Of a stretch of 64,000 nucleotides of DNA, positions 27,233 to 37,579 are shown in pieces. How positions within the stretch are numbered: the stretch's first letter is position 1; each line of letters begins with the position of its first letter. Under the pieces are notes generated by a model. That model worked only from the letters and a program-made list of their open reading frames with translations. It searched no databases and was not told the DNA's origin. Source of the DNA: Candidatus Nomurabacteria bacterium (GTDB lineage: Bacteria > Patescibacteriota > Minisyncoccia > Phycocordibacterales > UBA9973); contig JANYAX010000012.1 of NCBI GenBank assembly GCA_025361085.1, positions 255-64,254 of the forward strand. The letters are read 5' to 3'. The translations under genes and the position numbers were made by a program.

Positions 27233-28618
27233 ATGAATATTATGCACAATAAACAAAGAATTAATGTTTCTGGATATAGAGGTCTTTGGGGTGAAAGTCT
27301 TAATAAAGAAGTAGTTGTTTTATACACTCGCGCTCTTGTGTCATTTCTAAAAGAGAAATACCCTATACCCAAAATACTGATAGGCAGAGATGGCCGAGAA
27401 AGCGGACCAGAGATTCGAGCATTAATTCTAAGCGAGTTGAAAAATCTAGGAGCTGAAGGAATCGATGGAGATATACTTCCAACGCCGACTGTTTTATTTT
27501 CTGTTCGTAAATATGAATACTCCGGAGCAATAATAATAACTGCTTCCCATAATCCAATAGAATATAACGGGTTGAAATTTGTAAATAGTAAAGGATTGTT
27601 CACCATAAAAGAAGAAGCTGACCAAATAAATAAATACTATGAAGAAGAAATAGAAAAATATAACAAAGGTGAATCTCCTATTATTACAAACTCTCAAGAA
27701 TCAAATAGCAACACTATGCCAAACTTTTTACGTGAACACACAGACAAAATCATCGAGAATGTGAACGTGGAAGCAATCAGAGCAAAAAAGTTTCGTGTTG
27801 TTGTCGATATGATCAACGCTTCTGCTTGCGTGATGGACCCATATCTTTTTGAATGTCTTGGGGTAGAAATTATCCCATTAAACAATATCCCTAACGGTAA
27901 ATTCGGACACCGCCCAGAACCACTTCGTGAAAATCTTCTAGGAACAGAAAAAGTGGCCAAGGAATCGAAAGCTGATCTCGGATTTATCCACGATCCTGAT
28001 GCTGATCGATTAGTAGTGATAAATGAAAAAGGTGAAGTCATTTCTGAAGAATTTTCTATAGCTCTAGCAATCGAAAATATTATGTCTAAAAACCAAGGCA
28101 GAAATATTGTCCTAAACTTATCCTCTTCAAGAAAAGGGGAAGATATTGCAATTAAATACGGCGGAAAATGTTTCCGCTCAAAAGTCGGTGAAGGTTTTGT
28201 TGTTGAAAAAATGATTGAATATAATGCGATTATTGGTGGTGAGGGTAACGGCGGAGTTATCTATCCAACAATCAATATATGCCGAGATAGTTTTGTAGGA
28301 ATTGCACTTATCCTTGAACTTTTGGCAGAAAGAAATAAAACAGTAAGTGAAATTACAAATGAAATACCAACTTATTTTATAAAGAAAGACAAATGGCCAA
28401 TCGGGATGGATTTAAAAGAAATGTATTCAAAATTAAAATCAAATTTCCCTGAGGCAAAAGTTGATGAACAAGATGGAATTCGTTTCGACTTCCCCGACAA
28501 TATCTGGCTTCATCTTCGTCCCTCAAATACCGAACCGATAATCAAACTCTTCGGCGAAGCAAAAACACAAAAAGCAATCGATGAGCTTTTCGAAAAAGCC
28601 AAAAAAATGATACTTTAG
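27233..28618 (+). CDS. alpha-D-phosphohexomutase (phosphomannomutase/phosphoglucomutase or GlmM-like)
   Basis: 461 aa. Active-site TASHNP, metal loop DPDADR, sugar loop GGEGNGG. Confidence 0.8.
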   Translation: MNIMHNKQRINVSGYRGLWGESLNKEVVVLYTRALVSFLKEKYPIPKILIGRDGRESGPEIRALILSELKNLGAEGIDGDILPTPTVLFSVRKYEYSGAIIITASHNPIEYNGLKFVNSKGLFTIKEEADQINKYYEEEIEKYNKGESPIITNSQESNSNTMPNFLREHTDKIIENVNVEAIRAKKFRVVVDMINASACVMDPYLFECLGVEIIPLNNIPNGKFGHRPEPLRENLLGTEKVAKESKADLGFIHDPDADRLVVINEKGEVISEEFSIALAIENIMSKNQGRNIVLNLSSSRKGEDIAIKYGGKCFRSKVGEGFVVEKMIEYNAIIGGEGNGGVIYPTINICRDSFVGIALILELLAERNKTVSEITNEIPTYFIKKDKWPIGMDLKEMYSKLKSNFPEAKVDEQDGIRFDFPDNIWLHLRPSNTEPIIKLFGEAKTQKAIDELFEKAKKMIL

Positions 28619-28736
28619 AGGTATTTAGCTCTATTTTTATCAACAATTATTACCTTATTGGGCATATTGCCATATTGTCATATATATGATAATATCTTTT
28701 ATAGGTAGGTAAATCTATTTTCTATCGGACACAAAA

Positions 28737-29276
28737 TTGAGAGAAAGAATAAACAACCAAATACGAGCAAACGAGGTTCGTGTAATCTCAAACGAAGGAG
28801 TTAATCTAGGTGTTTTGAGTATTAAAGAAGCTCTATCCCAAGCGGAAGCTTTGGGTCTCGACTTGATTGAAATTACTCCAAACTCAAATCCTCCGATAGC
28901 AAAAATAGCTGATTATGGTAAGTACAAATACGAGCAAAATAAGAAGCAAAAAAAGGCCAAAGCAGGAGCCAAAACTACAGAAACCAAATCTATTCAAATA
29001 AAGATTGGGACTGGAGATAATGATCTTGCTTTGAAAGCTCGAAAAGCTTCCGAGTGGCTAAAAGAAGGTCATCGAATAAAAGTAGAATTATTTTTATCAG
29101 GACGTTCAAAATATATGCCAGACGCATTTCTAAAAGAACGTCTAGATCGTGTACTTCACCTCATCACCGAAAATTATAAAATAGCAGAAGCTTACAAAAA
29201 GGGTCCAAAAGGTCCAACAATTACAATAGAAAAAGATAAAGTGGCTACAATTGCCCCAATATCTGAAAACAAATAA
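28737..29276 (+). CDS. infC: Translation initiation factor IF-3
   Basis: …RINNQIRANEVRVISNEGVNLGV… IF3 N- and C-domains. TTG start at 28737, consistent with infC autoregulation via a rare start codon. Confidence 0.85.
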   Translation: MRERINNQIRANEVRVISNEGVNLGVLSIKEALSQAEALGLDLIEITPNSNPPIAKIADYGKYKYEQNKKQKKAKAGAKTTETKSIQIKIGTGDNDLALKARKASEWLKEGHRIKVELFLSGRSKYMPDAFLKERLDRVLHLITENYKIAEAYKKGPKGPTITIEKDKVATIAPISENK

Positions 29277-29283
29277 TAAATTT

Positions 29284-29484
29284 ATGAGTATCAAAACAAA
29301 TAAATCATTAACAAAACGTTTAAAGGTTACAAAAAATGGTAAAATATTGGCACGCGCACCTGGATTTAACCATTTCAATGCCAAGCAATCACGAACCAAA
29401 CAATTATCTGGGAGAAAAAGTAACAATTTTTCAATTTCAAATAAGAACGCTCGCACATATCTTGCAACTTCAAAAAATAAATAA
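29284..29484 (+). CDS. rpmI: 50S ribosomal protein bL35
   Basis: MSIKTNKSLTKRLKVTKNGKILARAPGFNHF…. infC-rpmI-rplT gene order. Confidence 0.75.
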   Translation: MSIKTNKSLTKRLKVTKNGKILARAPGFNHFNAKQSRTKQLSGRKSNNFSISNKNARTYLATSKNK

Positions 29485-29577
29485 TTAAAATATTAATAAA
29501 TTATAAACCAGAGGTCTGACCTAGGGACAAATTCTTTTAAAAAAGACCCAAAGTTCGACCTCTGGACAAATATCAAC

Positions 29578-29919
29578 ATGACAAGAGTAAAAAATGGAGT
29601 AAACAAAAATAAAAGACGAAAGAATCTTCTGTCCCAAACAAAGGGTTTCCGTTTTGGACGTAGTACAAAAACAATTCAAGCCAAAGACGCATTGAAGCAT
29701 GCTGGAAACTATTCATTCGCTCATCGCAAAGACAAAAAAGCAGATGCAAGAAGTCTCTGGACAACACGAATCAATGCCGCAGTCAGACCACTTGGAATTT
29801 CATACAGTAAATTCATCGATGGACTAAAAAAGAAAAAGATCATGATAGATCGTAAAATACTTTCAGACCTTGCAATCAAAAACCCTGAAACATTTGAAAG
29901 AATCGTAAAAAGCATCTAA
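29578..29919 (+). CDS. rplT: 50S ribosomal protein bL20
   Basis: MTRVKNGVNKNKRRKNLLSQTKGFRFGRS… typical L20. Confidence 0.9.
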   Translation: MTRVKNGVNKNKRRKNLLSQTKGFRFGRSTKTIQAKDALKHAGNYSFAHRKDKKADARSLWTTRINAAVRPLGISYSKFIDGLKKKKIMIDRKILSDLAIKNPETFERIVKSI

Positions 29920-29923
29920 TAAA

Positions 29924-29950
29924 TAAAAATCCCAGGGGATTTTTATTTAT
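29924..29950 (+). terminator. Rho-independent terminator (AAAAATCCC-agg-GGGATTTTT)
   Basis: Hairpin plus T-run after the rplT stop. Confidence 0.7.
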
Positions 29951-29951
29951 G

Positions 29952-30953
29952 CTAATTTTTTACTTTATTTTTATCAACTTGGTTATATATATAACTAGAT
30001 AGTTCTTTCGTCGCTTTTCCTTGCGAGGCTAGATCATTACCTCGAGTCATAATACAAAGAAGATATGGGTTATTGGGATAATATATTATTCCACAATCAT
30101 GCAACTGAGTACTATCATTCTGATTGGGAATACTACGTTCTCCAAATTTATGAGAGACAATAGTCCCAGCAGGAACACCAGCAACAAGACCATCTTTATA
30201 ATCACCTTGAGAAAGAACCTCTAGTGCTTTTTCAGACATTTCTCTGTTTAAGTATGAAGAGTTATATAATACTCGAAAAAATCCAGCATAATCTTTAATT
30301 CCAAGATCAATTTCTGTTGAGGTATCTTTATAAGGAACTCCTACTGATTCAAAAACACCTTTTATATTATCTGGATTAATATTATTAAGCAAAATTGAAA
30401 CGGCAGTGTTGTCAGATTCAATAATCATATATTTAGAAATATCAAAAAGTGAATATTCTTGTCCGGCAACCAAAGTATTACTAGAAACAATATTTTGATG
30501 GAATGATTTATTTATATCAGACTCAGAGATTTTTACTTTCTTGTCTAAGATAGCTGGGTTATTTTCTGCTTCTTTTAAAAAAGCAATAAAAATCGGAACC
30601 TTTAATAAACTTGCTGGAGAAAATACTTCTTTTTCATCTATTCCAACCCATGGTCCATTATTTAAATCGCGAAAATATAAAGAAATGTGATCAAGCGAAT
30701 ATTTGTCTTTAATTTCATTTGTTTTTTCATTCACGTCCTTAGAAAAAACAATTAAGCTTCCCTCATTACTAGCGACTTCGCAGTCTAATATTGGGTTAGT
30801 CAATAAATAGTGATCATTTTTATCATGAGTAATTGTCATATTCTCTTTATTTGTTTTATTTGTAATAACAGTCACTGACAAAACAATTATCACCACAACA
30901 GATAAAATGTTTGTGATAAGTAATAACTTACTTGATGTTTTTATTTTGCCCAT
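29952..30953 (-). CDS. Membrane-anchored serine hydrolase, class A beta-lactamase-like
   Basis: 333 aa. N-terminal TM. SLLK (SxxK), SDN (IIESDNTAV), and a KFG/KTG-like motif (HKFGERS). Confidence 0.6.
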   Translation of the reverse strand: MGKIKTSSKLLLITNILSVVVIIVLSVTVITNKTNKENMTITHDKNDHYLLTNPILDCEVASNEGSLIVFSKDVNEKTNEIKDKYSLDHISLYFRDLNNGPWVGIDEKEVFSPASLLKVPIFIAFLKEAENNPAILDKKVKISESDINKSFHQNIVSSNTLVAGQEYSLFDISKYMIIESDNTAVSILLNNINPDNIKGVFESVGVPYKDTSTEIDLGIKDYAGFFRVLYNSSYLNREMSEKALEVLSQGDYKDGLVAGVPAGTIVSHKFGERSIPNQNDSTQLHDCGIIYYPNNPYLLCIMTRGNDLASQGKATKELSSYIYNQVDKNKVKN

Positions 30954-31002
30954 ATTTGATTATTCATATGAAATAAAAAAAGAAAAACACATTAATATAC
31001 AG

Positions 31003-32373
31003 CTAGCATTCAATCTCTACCGATTCCCCAGCTAGGGGAGTATACGCCTTAATGTCAAGATTGTCACGCAATTTTTGAGCAAGAAACATTGCTGACTTTG
31101 GTTCTCCCATAGTTACAAAAACTTTTTTAAGAGTATGCGCTGTGTTCTCAATGAACTCTACTAGATGATCTGAATCCTTATGGCCGGAATAGCCACTAAT
31201 CACGGCAACACTGGCACGAACTGTCACTTCTTCACCCATTATATGCACCTTTTTAGCTCCATCATAAATCATCCGACCAAGAGTCCCGACGGTCTGATAC
31301 CCAGTCAATAGAATGGTATCATTTTTATTTGGTAAATAATTCTTTTCATGATGAAGAATTCGCCCTCCATTAGACATCCCACTACCAGCTATTATTATCT
31401 TAGGAGGAGGGACTTGAAGAATTGCTTTTGATTCTTCTGTTTCGAGTGTTTCTTTTAACCCAGGGAAAGTAAACAATTTATCTCCTGATGCCAATATCTT
31501 CTTTGCTGTATCATTAAAATATTTATCATACTTCAGATACACATCTGTCAATTTTATAGAAAGTGGAGAATCTAAAAATATTGTCATTTCAGGAATAATT
31601 TTATTTTCTACGAGTGAATTCATTTCATATAGTAACTCTTGGGTACGTTCTAGAGAAAAAGTTGGGATGATTAATGTCCCCTTTTTGTAAAAATTATCTC
31701 TCATAATAAACTCGAGTTTTTTCTTTCTTTCATCACGTTTTTCGTGATTGCGATCTCCGTACGTTGATTCCATTATCATGTAGTCAGCATCATCTATCAC
31801 AGTGGTGTCAGGAAGAAGTGGCGACGGTGAATTACCGAGGTCGCCAGTGAAAACAATTTTTTTGCCATTATAAATAATTTCTAGCATCCCTGACCCGAGA
31901 ATGTGACCTGCATCTTTGTATGAAAATTGAAACCCATGATCAACGTTTAATTTCTGCCCATACTCAAGTGTCTCCCAAGAGTCGAGAGCTTTTTTAATAT
32001 TCTCTGGTGTATATATTTGATCAAGGTGAAGTTCTTCGTCGCGAGCAAGTAATCGAGCGGTATCTTCGAGCATGATTGCCGTAATTTCTTTGGTTGGAAC
32101 CACAGAATAAATCTTGCCATTAAAACCTTCACTTATAAGTTTCGGAATTCTTCCTATGTGATCTACGTGACCGTGAGTAATAAAAAGTATATCTATAGTA
32201 GAGGCATCATAAGGAAATGGTCCCCAATTTAAATCATCAACAAATTTTTCACCCTGAATTAGTCCACAATCAATCAAAAATTTCTTACCATTACCTTCCA
32301 ATAAAAAATTCGCTCCGGTAACAGTCCCTGCCCCGGAACAAAACGTGATTCTAAGTTTTTTATCATTCGCCAT
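31003..32373 (-). CDS. MBL-fold beta-CASP family ribonuclease (RNase J / CPSF-like)
   Basis: 456 aa. HGHVDHIG motif 2, further MBL motifs, beta-CASP region. Confidence 0.65.
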   Translation of the reverse strand: MANDKKLRITFCSGAGTVTGANFLLEGNGKKFLIDCGLIQGEKFVDDLNWGPFPYDASTIDILFITHGHVDHIGRIPKLISEGFNGKIYSVVPTKEITAIMLEDTARLLARDEELHLDQIYTPENIKKALDSWETLEYGQKLNVDHGFQFSYKDAGHILGSGMLEIIYNGKKIVFTGDLGNSPSPLLPDTTVIDDADYMIMESTYGDRNHEKRDERKKKLEFIMRDNFYKKGTLIIPTFSLERTQELLYEMNSLVENKIIPEMTIFLDSPLSIKLTDVYLKYDKYFNDTAKKILASGDKLFTFPGLKETLETEESKAILQVPPPKIIIAGSGMSNGGRILHHEKNYLPNKNDTILLTGYQTVGTLGRMIYDGAKKVHIMGEEVTVRASVAVISGYSGHKDSDHLVEFIENTAHTLKKVFVTMGEPKSAMFLAQKLRDNLDIKAYTPLAGESVEIEC

Positions 32374-32731
32374 TTATTCATTATACCCTATAAATTTCAA
32401 AAGTGAAATTAAAATAGTCGCCACAAAATAAAAAATCCTTCCGAATTGGAAGAATTCCTTATTAGGACTATCGAAGGAAGTATTACCATAGCTTAACACT
32501 AGGTGGGACTAAGAATGATAAGGATTTGTTAACGTAAAATGTATACAGTTCCTAACCAAAACTATGTAATCCCCTAAAATATTGTTCTAGGTAACACATT
32601 TCAAATAATCCTACTTAAAGTATACTCATCGAGAGAAACCATGCAAGTGTTTTCACAAAACAGCACACTTTTGACAGCCTTTCAATTTGAATTTAGAGTA
32701 AAAATCGAAGTCAAAAATAATAAAAATAGCT

Positions 32732-33406
32732 CTACATCTCAAAATTTTTCACTTTTTCAATATAATCTCGCGCAGATTCGTCTGTTATATCTTCTGGTTT
32801 GATTTTTGAATGAGAAAAAATCTGTTTTTCTATTTCTTTACCACATTCAACCAATTTATAGCGTTTTTCTTCTTCGATACTATTTTTATGATTTGCGTAA
32901 CGATGATCTGCATCTTTCATTCGATCATCATATGACAAAATACCATGAGTACAAACCCTTGAATCTGAATACTGTAATATTTTCAATGATAAATCATTTC
33001 CATGTCTATTTGTGCATAGATTAATAAAACGATTTTCTGAAATAAGGTCAATTATTATACTTGATACTCCTAGTTCCATTGCAATTGCACCAGTAGCTTC
33101 GTGTTCATTTAAACCATATTTTTGAATAAATTCGTCTTGTATTTCTTTAATTTCTATTATTTCTGAGTCCGATAACCCAAAAATTGATTTCGTTTGTTTT
33201 AAATCAAATTTAATTACATTACCAATATCATGAATCAAACAGGCCTTCACAATATTTTCTTTATCAGTTTCCAAAGATAATGAATCACAAATCATCAAAG
33301 CCACCGCCGCAGTTCTGATCTGGTGCATTGCAAGCATCGGCGTATTTTTGTATTCCTCATATATATCGGTAATCTTCATATTACATTTAATAAATAAAAC
33401 CCACAA
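32732..33406 (-). CDS. HD-domain phosphohydrolase
   Basis: 224 aa with an H…HD motif (LIHDIGNVIKF). Confidence 0.6.
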   Translation of the reverse strand: MWVLFIKCNMKITDIYEEYKNTPMLAMHQIRTAAVALMICDSLSLETDKENIVKACLIHDIGNVIKFDLKQTKSIFGLSDSEIIEIKEIQDEFIQKYGLNEHEATGAIAMELGVSSIIIDLISENRFINLCTNRHGNDLSLKILQYSDSRVCTHGILSYDDRMKDADHRYANHKNSIEEEKRYKLVECGKEIEKQIFSHSKIKPEDITDESARDYIEKVKNFEM

Positions 33407-33428
33407 AACGCGGGTCTTATTTATTTAT

Positions 33429-33944
33429 TTATTTTTTCTTTGCTTGTGTAAATTTTTCATGAACTGTTTCGTAATCAAACAATTCAGCTTCTGAAAACCA
33501 ATGTGCTATTTCTAGTTCTGCTTCAGATACATCTCCGGATGCGTGTATAATATTTGGAACCCCTATATTGTTTTCATCTGCATGGATGAAACTCATATGC
33601 GCATAATCACCTCTAATTGTTCCGGGTAAAGCAGACTTTGGTTCTGTAGTTCCTACCATCTTACGAATTAATGAAACTGCTTCTACCCCTTCAAGCACAA
33701 AAGCAATAACTGGACCAACATTCATCATTGAGAGTGTGACATCAAAAGTCTTTTGTCCTCGGCGAGAAATCATTTTCCCTATATTTTCATAATGATGAAA
33801 ATAATGATCATAGCTTGGCTGTAGCATTTTAGTACCTACAATTTTTAATCCTGTCTTCTCAAAACGAGATAAAATCTCACCAACAATACCACGTTGAACC
33901 GCATCTGGTTTAAAAACAATTAATGAACGTTCTGTAGTTATCAT
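33429..33944 (-). CDS. ndk: Nucleoside diphosphate kinase
   Basis: ERSLIVFKPDAVQRG…, active-site His in NIIHASGD. Confidence 0.8.
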   Translation of the reverse strand: MITTERSLIVFKPDAVQRGIVGEILSRFEKTGLKIVGTKMLQPSYDHYFHHYENIGKMISRRGQKTFDVTLSMMNVGPVIAFVLEGVEAVSLIRKMVGTTEPKSALPGTIRGDYAHMSFIHADENNIGVPNIIHASGDVSEAELEIAHWFSEAELFDYETVHEKFTQAKKK

Positions 33945-34025
33945 AGTAAATAATTAAGTTAAACTTATAAATATTCTTCTAACATACCATAAATATGGCA
34001 TAAAACAAAATGGCTCTTGAACTTA

Positions 34026-36767
34026 CTATTTTCTATATTTTGCCATTATTTCTTCCTCGACTTCTTCACGAGGGCGGCCATATTTGAGGTAAGATAATTC
34101 TTTTATCTTTTCTACCATCTCTTTGTTTCCTGGTGGTGTTAGACTCCAGTGAGAAGTCATATTAAATGGTTTAGTTGGCACCCCATTCACAAGCATACTT
34201 ACATATGAATTGAAATTATCTAATTTCATAATATCGCTTGCAGTAAACGTTGGTTTGAATTTTTGCTCGACAAAGTTGGCATCTTCGGTACTGATACGAT
34301 AAATAGCCATTGAACCAACGTTCCCAAACACTGCGTTTTTAATATTTTCTTCAAGCTGTGAAATGTATTGGTGTGCGATAGTCAAAGACAAGCGATATTT
34401 TCGAGCCTCTGAAAGAATCGAGGCGATGGAGTCGGTCGTGACGTTTTGGAATTCGTCTATGTAAAGATAAAAATCATTCATTTTCTGCCCATACATATCG
34501 ACACGAGAAAGTGCTGCCATCTGAATCTTCCCTACCAACACAAGACCGATAAGATTTGCATTTATGTCACCCAAGCGCCCCTTTGAAAGATTTACAAGAA
34601 GAATTTTTTTGTTGTCCATTATTTCGCGAAAATTAAAAACAGATTTTTCTTGAAGAACGACAGGTCTCATAATGTCGTTCGAAATAAAGTTATCAAATTT
34701 AGAAGAAATATAAGGCACGAAGTTTGCAAGGGATTGATCACCTGTCGTCTGCTCGGCTCCAACCCAGAATTGTTTGATAATTGGATTCTTACATCGAGAA
34801 ACTTTCATGTCACGAAACGCTTTATCTCCAAGTACACGAGTAATCTCAAGTAAGGTACACCCTGATTCTGGATCTTCCATCACAAGAAAAGCACTATTTC
34901 TAAAATACTGTTCAAACATTGCTCCCCCACCTGTTTTCATATCAAAAAGTTTATTGAAAATTCCCATGAGCTCATTTACCACAAGAGTTTTTTGCTCTGG
35001 ATATTTTGGATCATACTCGAGCATATTTAGCCCCATTGGGCGAGCGGTATAAGCAGGATCGAAATAAATAACGTCATCAATTCTTTCTTTTGGAACATAA
35101 GAGAGAATATCTTGAATATCACTTCCGTGTGGATCAATAAAGCAACAACCCTCCCCATTCCTGATATCTTGTGCAATCATATTTTTCAAAATAGTTGTTT
35201 TACCTGTTCCCGTCTGACCGATGACGTACATGTGGCGCATCCTGTCTTCACGAGACATGTGTATAGGCGTATCTTTGCCATGGTAACTATTAATTCCGAG
35301 AAGTATTCCTTCACTACCCATCTCGATCGGCGCAGGTGCGATGCCGGCTTTAGCTTGTTTAAGTTGTGAAGATACAACTCCGTATGGGAAGTGGAAAATT
35401 GTTGCGAGTTCTTTTAAGTTGAGTGGCATTGAATAATCGTCAGAGAAAGTTCTATAAATGTAATCGTGTACGAGTTGCGAGAGGGCTGCCCCTTCTAGAT
35501 GATTGAAATTAAAACCATTACGATCTGCTTCGGTAAACTGATTGAATGATGATTCAATATCAGACAAAATTTGTTTTGACCTTACCTTGTCTTCTGCCGA
35601 GGCGATGATGCGAATATTCGAAGCCATGATTGTGCTCTTCATCTTCTCGGTAATATTTTCTACCGCTTTGTCATTTACTTTTTTATCTTCTTTGTGCTTA
35701 GAAGTACCAAACAATAATTCTTTCGCAACTGTTTTGAATTCTTTTGTAACTTGGCGGGTGAAACTCGATGCTGTACGGACAGACATACCATTTTTCACAT
35801 CTCCCAAAATAATCTTGTATTTGCGTATAATATCATCATCTTCTGGACATATAGATAATTGAATGGCGGCGCCTTCCCCACTTTTCTTGAGCTTTGTGAA
35901 AATATTTAAAATAATATTGAGCGGATCATGGTCAAAAGAATCGTATAACTTTATGGGGTAAACATCGTGATGGGCGAGTGTCGCATATGATGCTGAAACT
36001 GAACAATTTTCTGAAAAAATATTGTAATCGTCTGGAACCTCTACAATTTTCGCATTTGGATGAACTCCAAATAATTGCTTTTCAAATAAATCTGATTTAT
36101 GAGATGGAACTGCTGCATAAAATACAAAGTTGTCACTTCCTTCTGAAAGGGCAATCTCAAGAGTGAAATGATTGCGATTATAATTCTCTCTTCCTTCACC
36201 GACAGAATGCATTCCAGAATAAAATTGCTCCATAGCGGTCAATAATTCTTTGAGCCCTTTCTTGGCTCCTTCATCGTCATTCATATCTGGAAGAGTAATT
36301 TCGAGAAGCTTCATATCAAGCGCTTTGAAAAGTGGAGTATTTTCTTTAAGACCAGGGACTTTGTGAGTACTATATAAATATTGAACTACGAATCTATGAA
36401 AATCACTATCAATATGTGGATTGTTCATCTTGGCAACAATTGAGAGAGCATTCGAGATTCCTTTATCGAGCAAAATACCGAGTAATTCTTCCATCTTTCC
36501 GTCATGAGTTTCAGGGTGAAGGCGAAGAATGAGTTGTTCTGATTCTTTAGCATTCATAACTGCGCTTTTGTGCATGACATCTTCTGGTCCAAATTTTTTG
36601 TATTCAGAAATCACATTGTGTGCGAGGTCTTCTTTGTTCACTTCTTTCCCTTGTTCAACCAACGCTTTTTCTTTTTCTGCAATATGTGCACGCAAAAACT
36701 CCAACTCCTCTTGCGGGGTTTTAAATTTTGGAGCATTCTCTAGTTTTAAACCAAAATTTTCTGCCAT
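34026..36767 (-). CDS. VirD4/TraD-like type IV coupling-protein-family P-loop ATPase with a large (~480 aa) soluble N-terminal domain of unknown function
   Basis: 913 aa. Walker A IGQTGTGKTT, T4CP-like CFIDPHGSD, Walker B LYIDEFQN, C-terminal TraD/TraG all-alpha region. No TM segments. Confidence 0.5.
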   Translation of the reverse strand: MAENFGLKLENAPKFKTPQEELEFLRAHIAEKEKALVEQGKEVNKEDLAHNVISEYKKFGPEDVMHKSAVMNAKESEQLILRLHPETHDGKMEELLGILLDKGISNALSIVAKMNNPHIDSDFHRFVVQYLYSTHKVPGLKENTPLFKALDMKLLEITLPDMNDDEGAKKGLKELLTAMEQFYSGMHSVGEGRENYNRNHFTLEIALSEGSDNFVFYAAVPSHKSDLFEKQLFGVHPNAKIVEVPDDYNIFSENCSVSASYATLAHHDVYPIKLYDSFDHDPLNIILNIFTKLKKSGEGAAIQLSICPEDDDIIRKYKIILGDVKNGMSVRTASSFTRQVTKEFKTVAKELLFGTSKHKEDKKVNDKAVENITEKMKSTIMASNIRIIASAEDKVRSKQILSDIESSFNQFTEADRNGFNFNHLEGAALSQLVHDYIYRTFSDDYSMPLNLKELATIFHFPYGVVSSQLKQAKAGIAPAPIEMGSEGILLGINSYHGKDTPIHMSREDRMRHMYVIGQTGTGKTTILKNMIAQDIRNGEGCCFIDPHGSDIQDILSYVPKERIDDVIYFDPAYTARPMGLNMLEYDPKYPEQKTLVVNELMGIFNKLFDMKTGGGAMFEQYFRNSAFLVMEDPESGCTLLEITRVLGDKAFRDMKVSRCKNPIIKQFWVGAEQTTGDQSLANFVPYISSKFDNFISNDIMRPVVLQEKSVFNFREIMDNKKILLVNLSKGRLGDINANLIGLVLVGKIQMAALSRVDMYGQKMNDFYLYIDEFQNVTTDSIASILSEARKYRLSLTIAHQYISQLEENIKNAVFGNVGSMAIYRISTEDANFVEQKFKPTFTASDIMKLDNFNSYVSMLVNGVPTKPFNMTSHWSLTPPGNKEMVEKIKELSYLKYGRPREEVEEEIMAKYRK

Positions 36768-36776
36768 ATGAGTTTA

Positions 36777-37544
36777 TTATACCATAGTCAAGATTTCTGC
36801 ATCACCTTCGGTAATTAAAATTGTATGTTCGAAATGAGCTGAATACTTTCCGTCAGCAGTTTTGATAGTCCAATCATCATCGGCTACTGTGATATCATCT
36901 TTCCCAAGATTGAGCATTGGTTCAATCGCTACAACCATTCCGGGAATTAGTTTTTGTCCCTTTCCTGCTTTACCATAGTTTGGAATGTAAGGATCTTCGT
37001 GAATTGCCACGCCTACACCATGCCCTGCAAGCTCGCGAACGATACCGTATCGATTATGCACAAAAGTCTCTATTGCATTCCCAATATCACCCACAGTGTT
37101 GCCACCATGTGCCGCCCAAATACCGATTTCAAGTGCTTTTTTTGTATCAGCCAAAAGTTGTTCATCTTTGGCAGAAATTTTCCCGACAGCAACCGTAATC
37201 GCATGATCAGTGAAAAGTCCACGGTGTTCAATTCCAAGATCAAGAGAAACAATATCTCCTTCTTTTAGAATTCTTTTCTTACTTGGAATTCCGTGAACTA
37301 TTTCATTATTTATAGATACACAAAGAGAAGCTGGATAGGCCGTTGGCATACCATCTGGCTTGTAATTCAAAAAGGCTGGTTTGTCACCACCATCGATTAT
37401 TAGCTTATAGACATATTGATCGAGATCATATGTAGAAACGCCTGGTGAGACCATTTTAGCCGTTTTAGCTAGTATCTCGGCCAATCTTTTGCCTCCTTCC
37501 CTTATAATCTCTATTTCTTTTGGCGTTTTTATAATAACACTCAT
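36777..37544 (-). CDS. map: Methionine aminopeptidase type I
   Basis: 255 aa. Pita-bread fold with metal ligands D…D…H…E…E. Confidence 0.9.
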   Translation of the reverse strand: MSVIIKTPKEIEIIREGGKRLAEILAKTAKMVSPGVSTYDLDQYVYKLIIDGGDKPAFLNYKPDGMPTAYPASLCVSINNEIVHGIPSKKRILKEGDIVSLDLGIEHRGLFTDHAITVAVGKISAKDEQLLADTKKALEIGIWAAHGGNTVGDIGNAIETFVHNRYGIVRELAGHGVGVAIHEDPYIPNYGKAGKGQKLIPGMVVAIEPMLNLGKDDITVADDDWTIKTADGKYSAHFEHTILITEGDAEILTMV

Positions 37545-37579
37545 ATATCCATACTAAAATAAAAATAAAATATAAGCAA

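Noticed and set aside
32374-32731. 357-bp intergenic region between the RNase J-like gene and the HD hydrolase gene, examined for an ncRNA or mobile-element end
   Set aside because: Only a short weak hairpin (CTTCC-gaatt-GGAAG) was seen. It has no recognisable ncRNA family signature and no terminal inverted repeats. Left unannotated.
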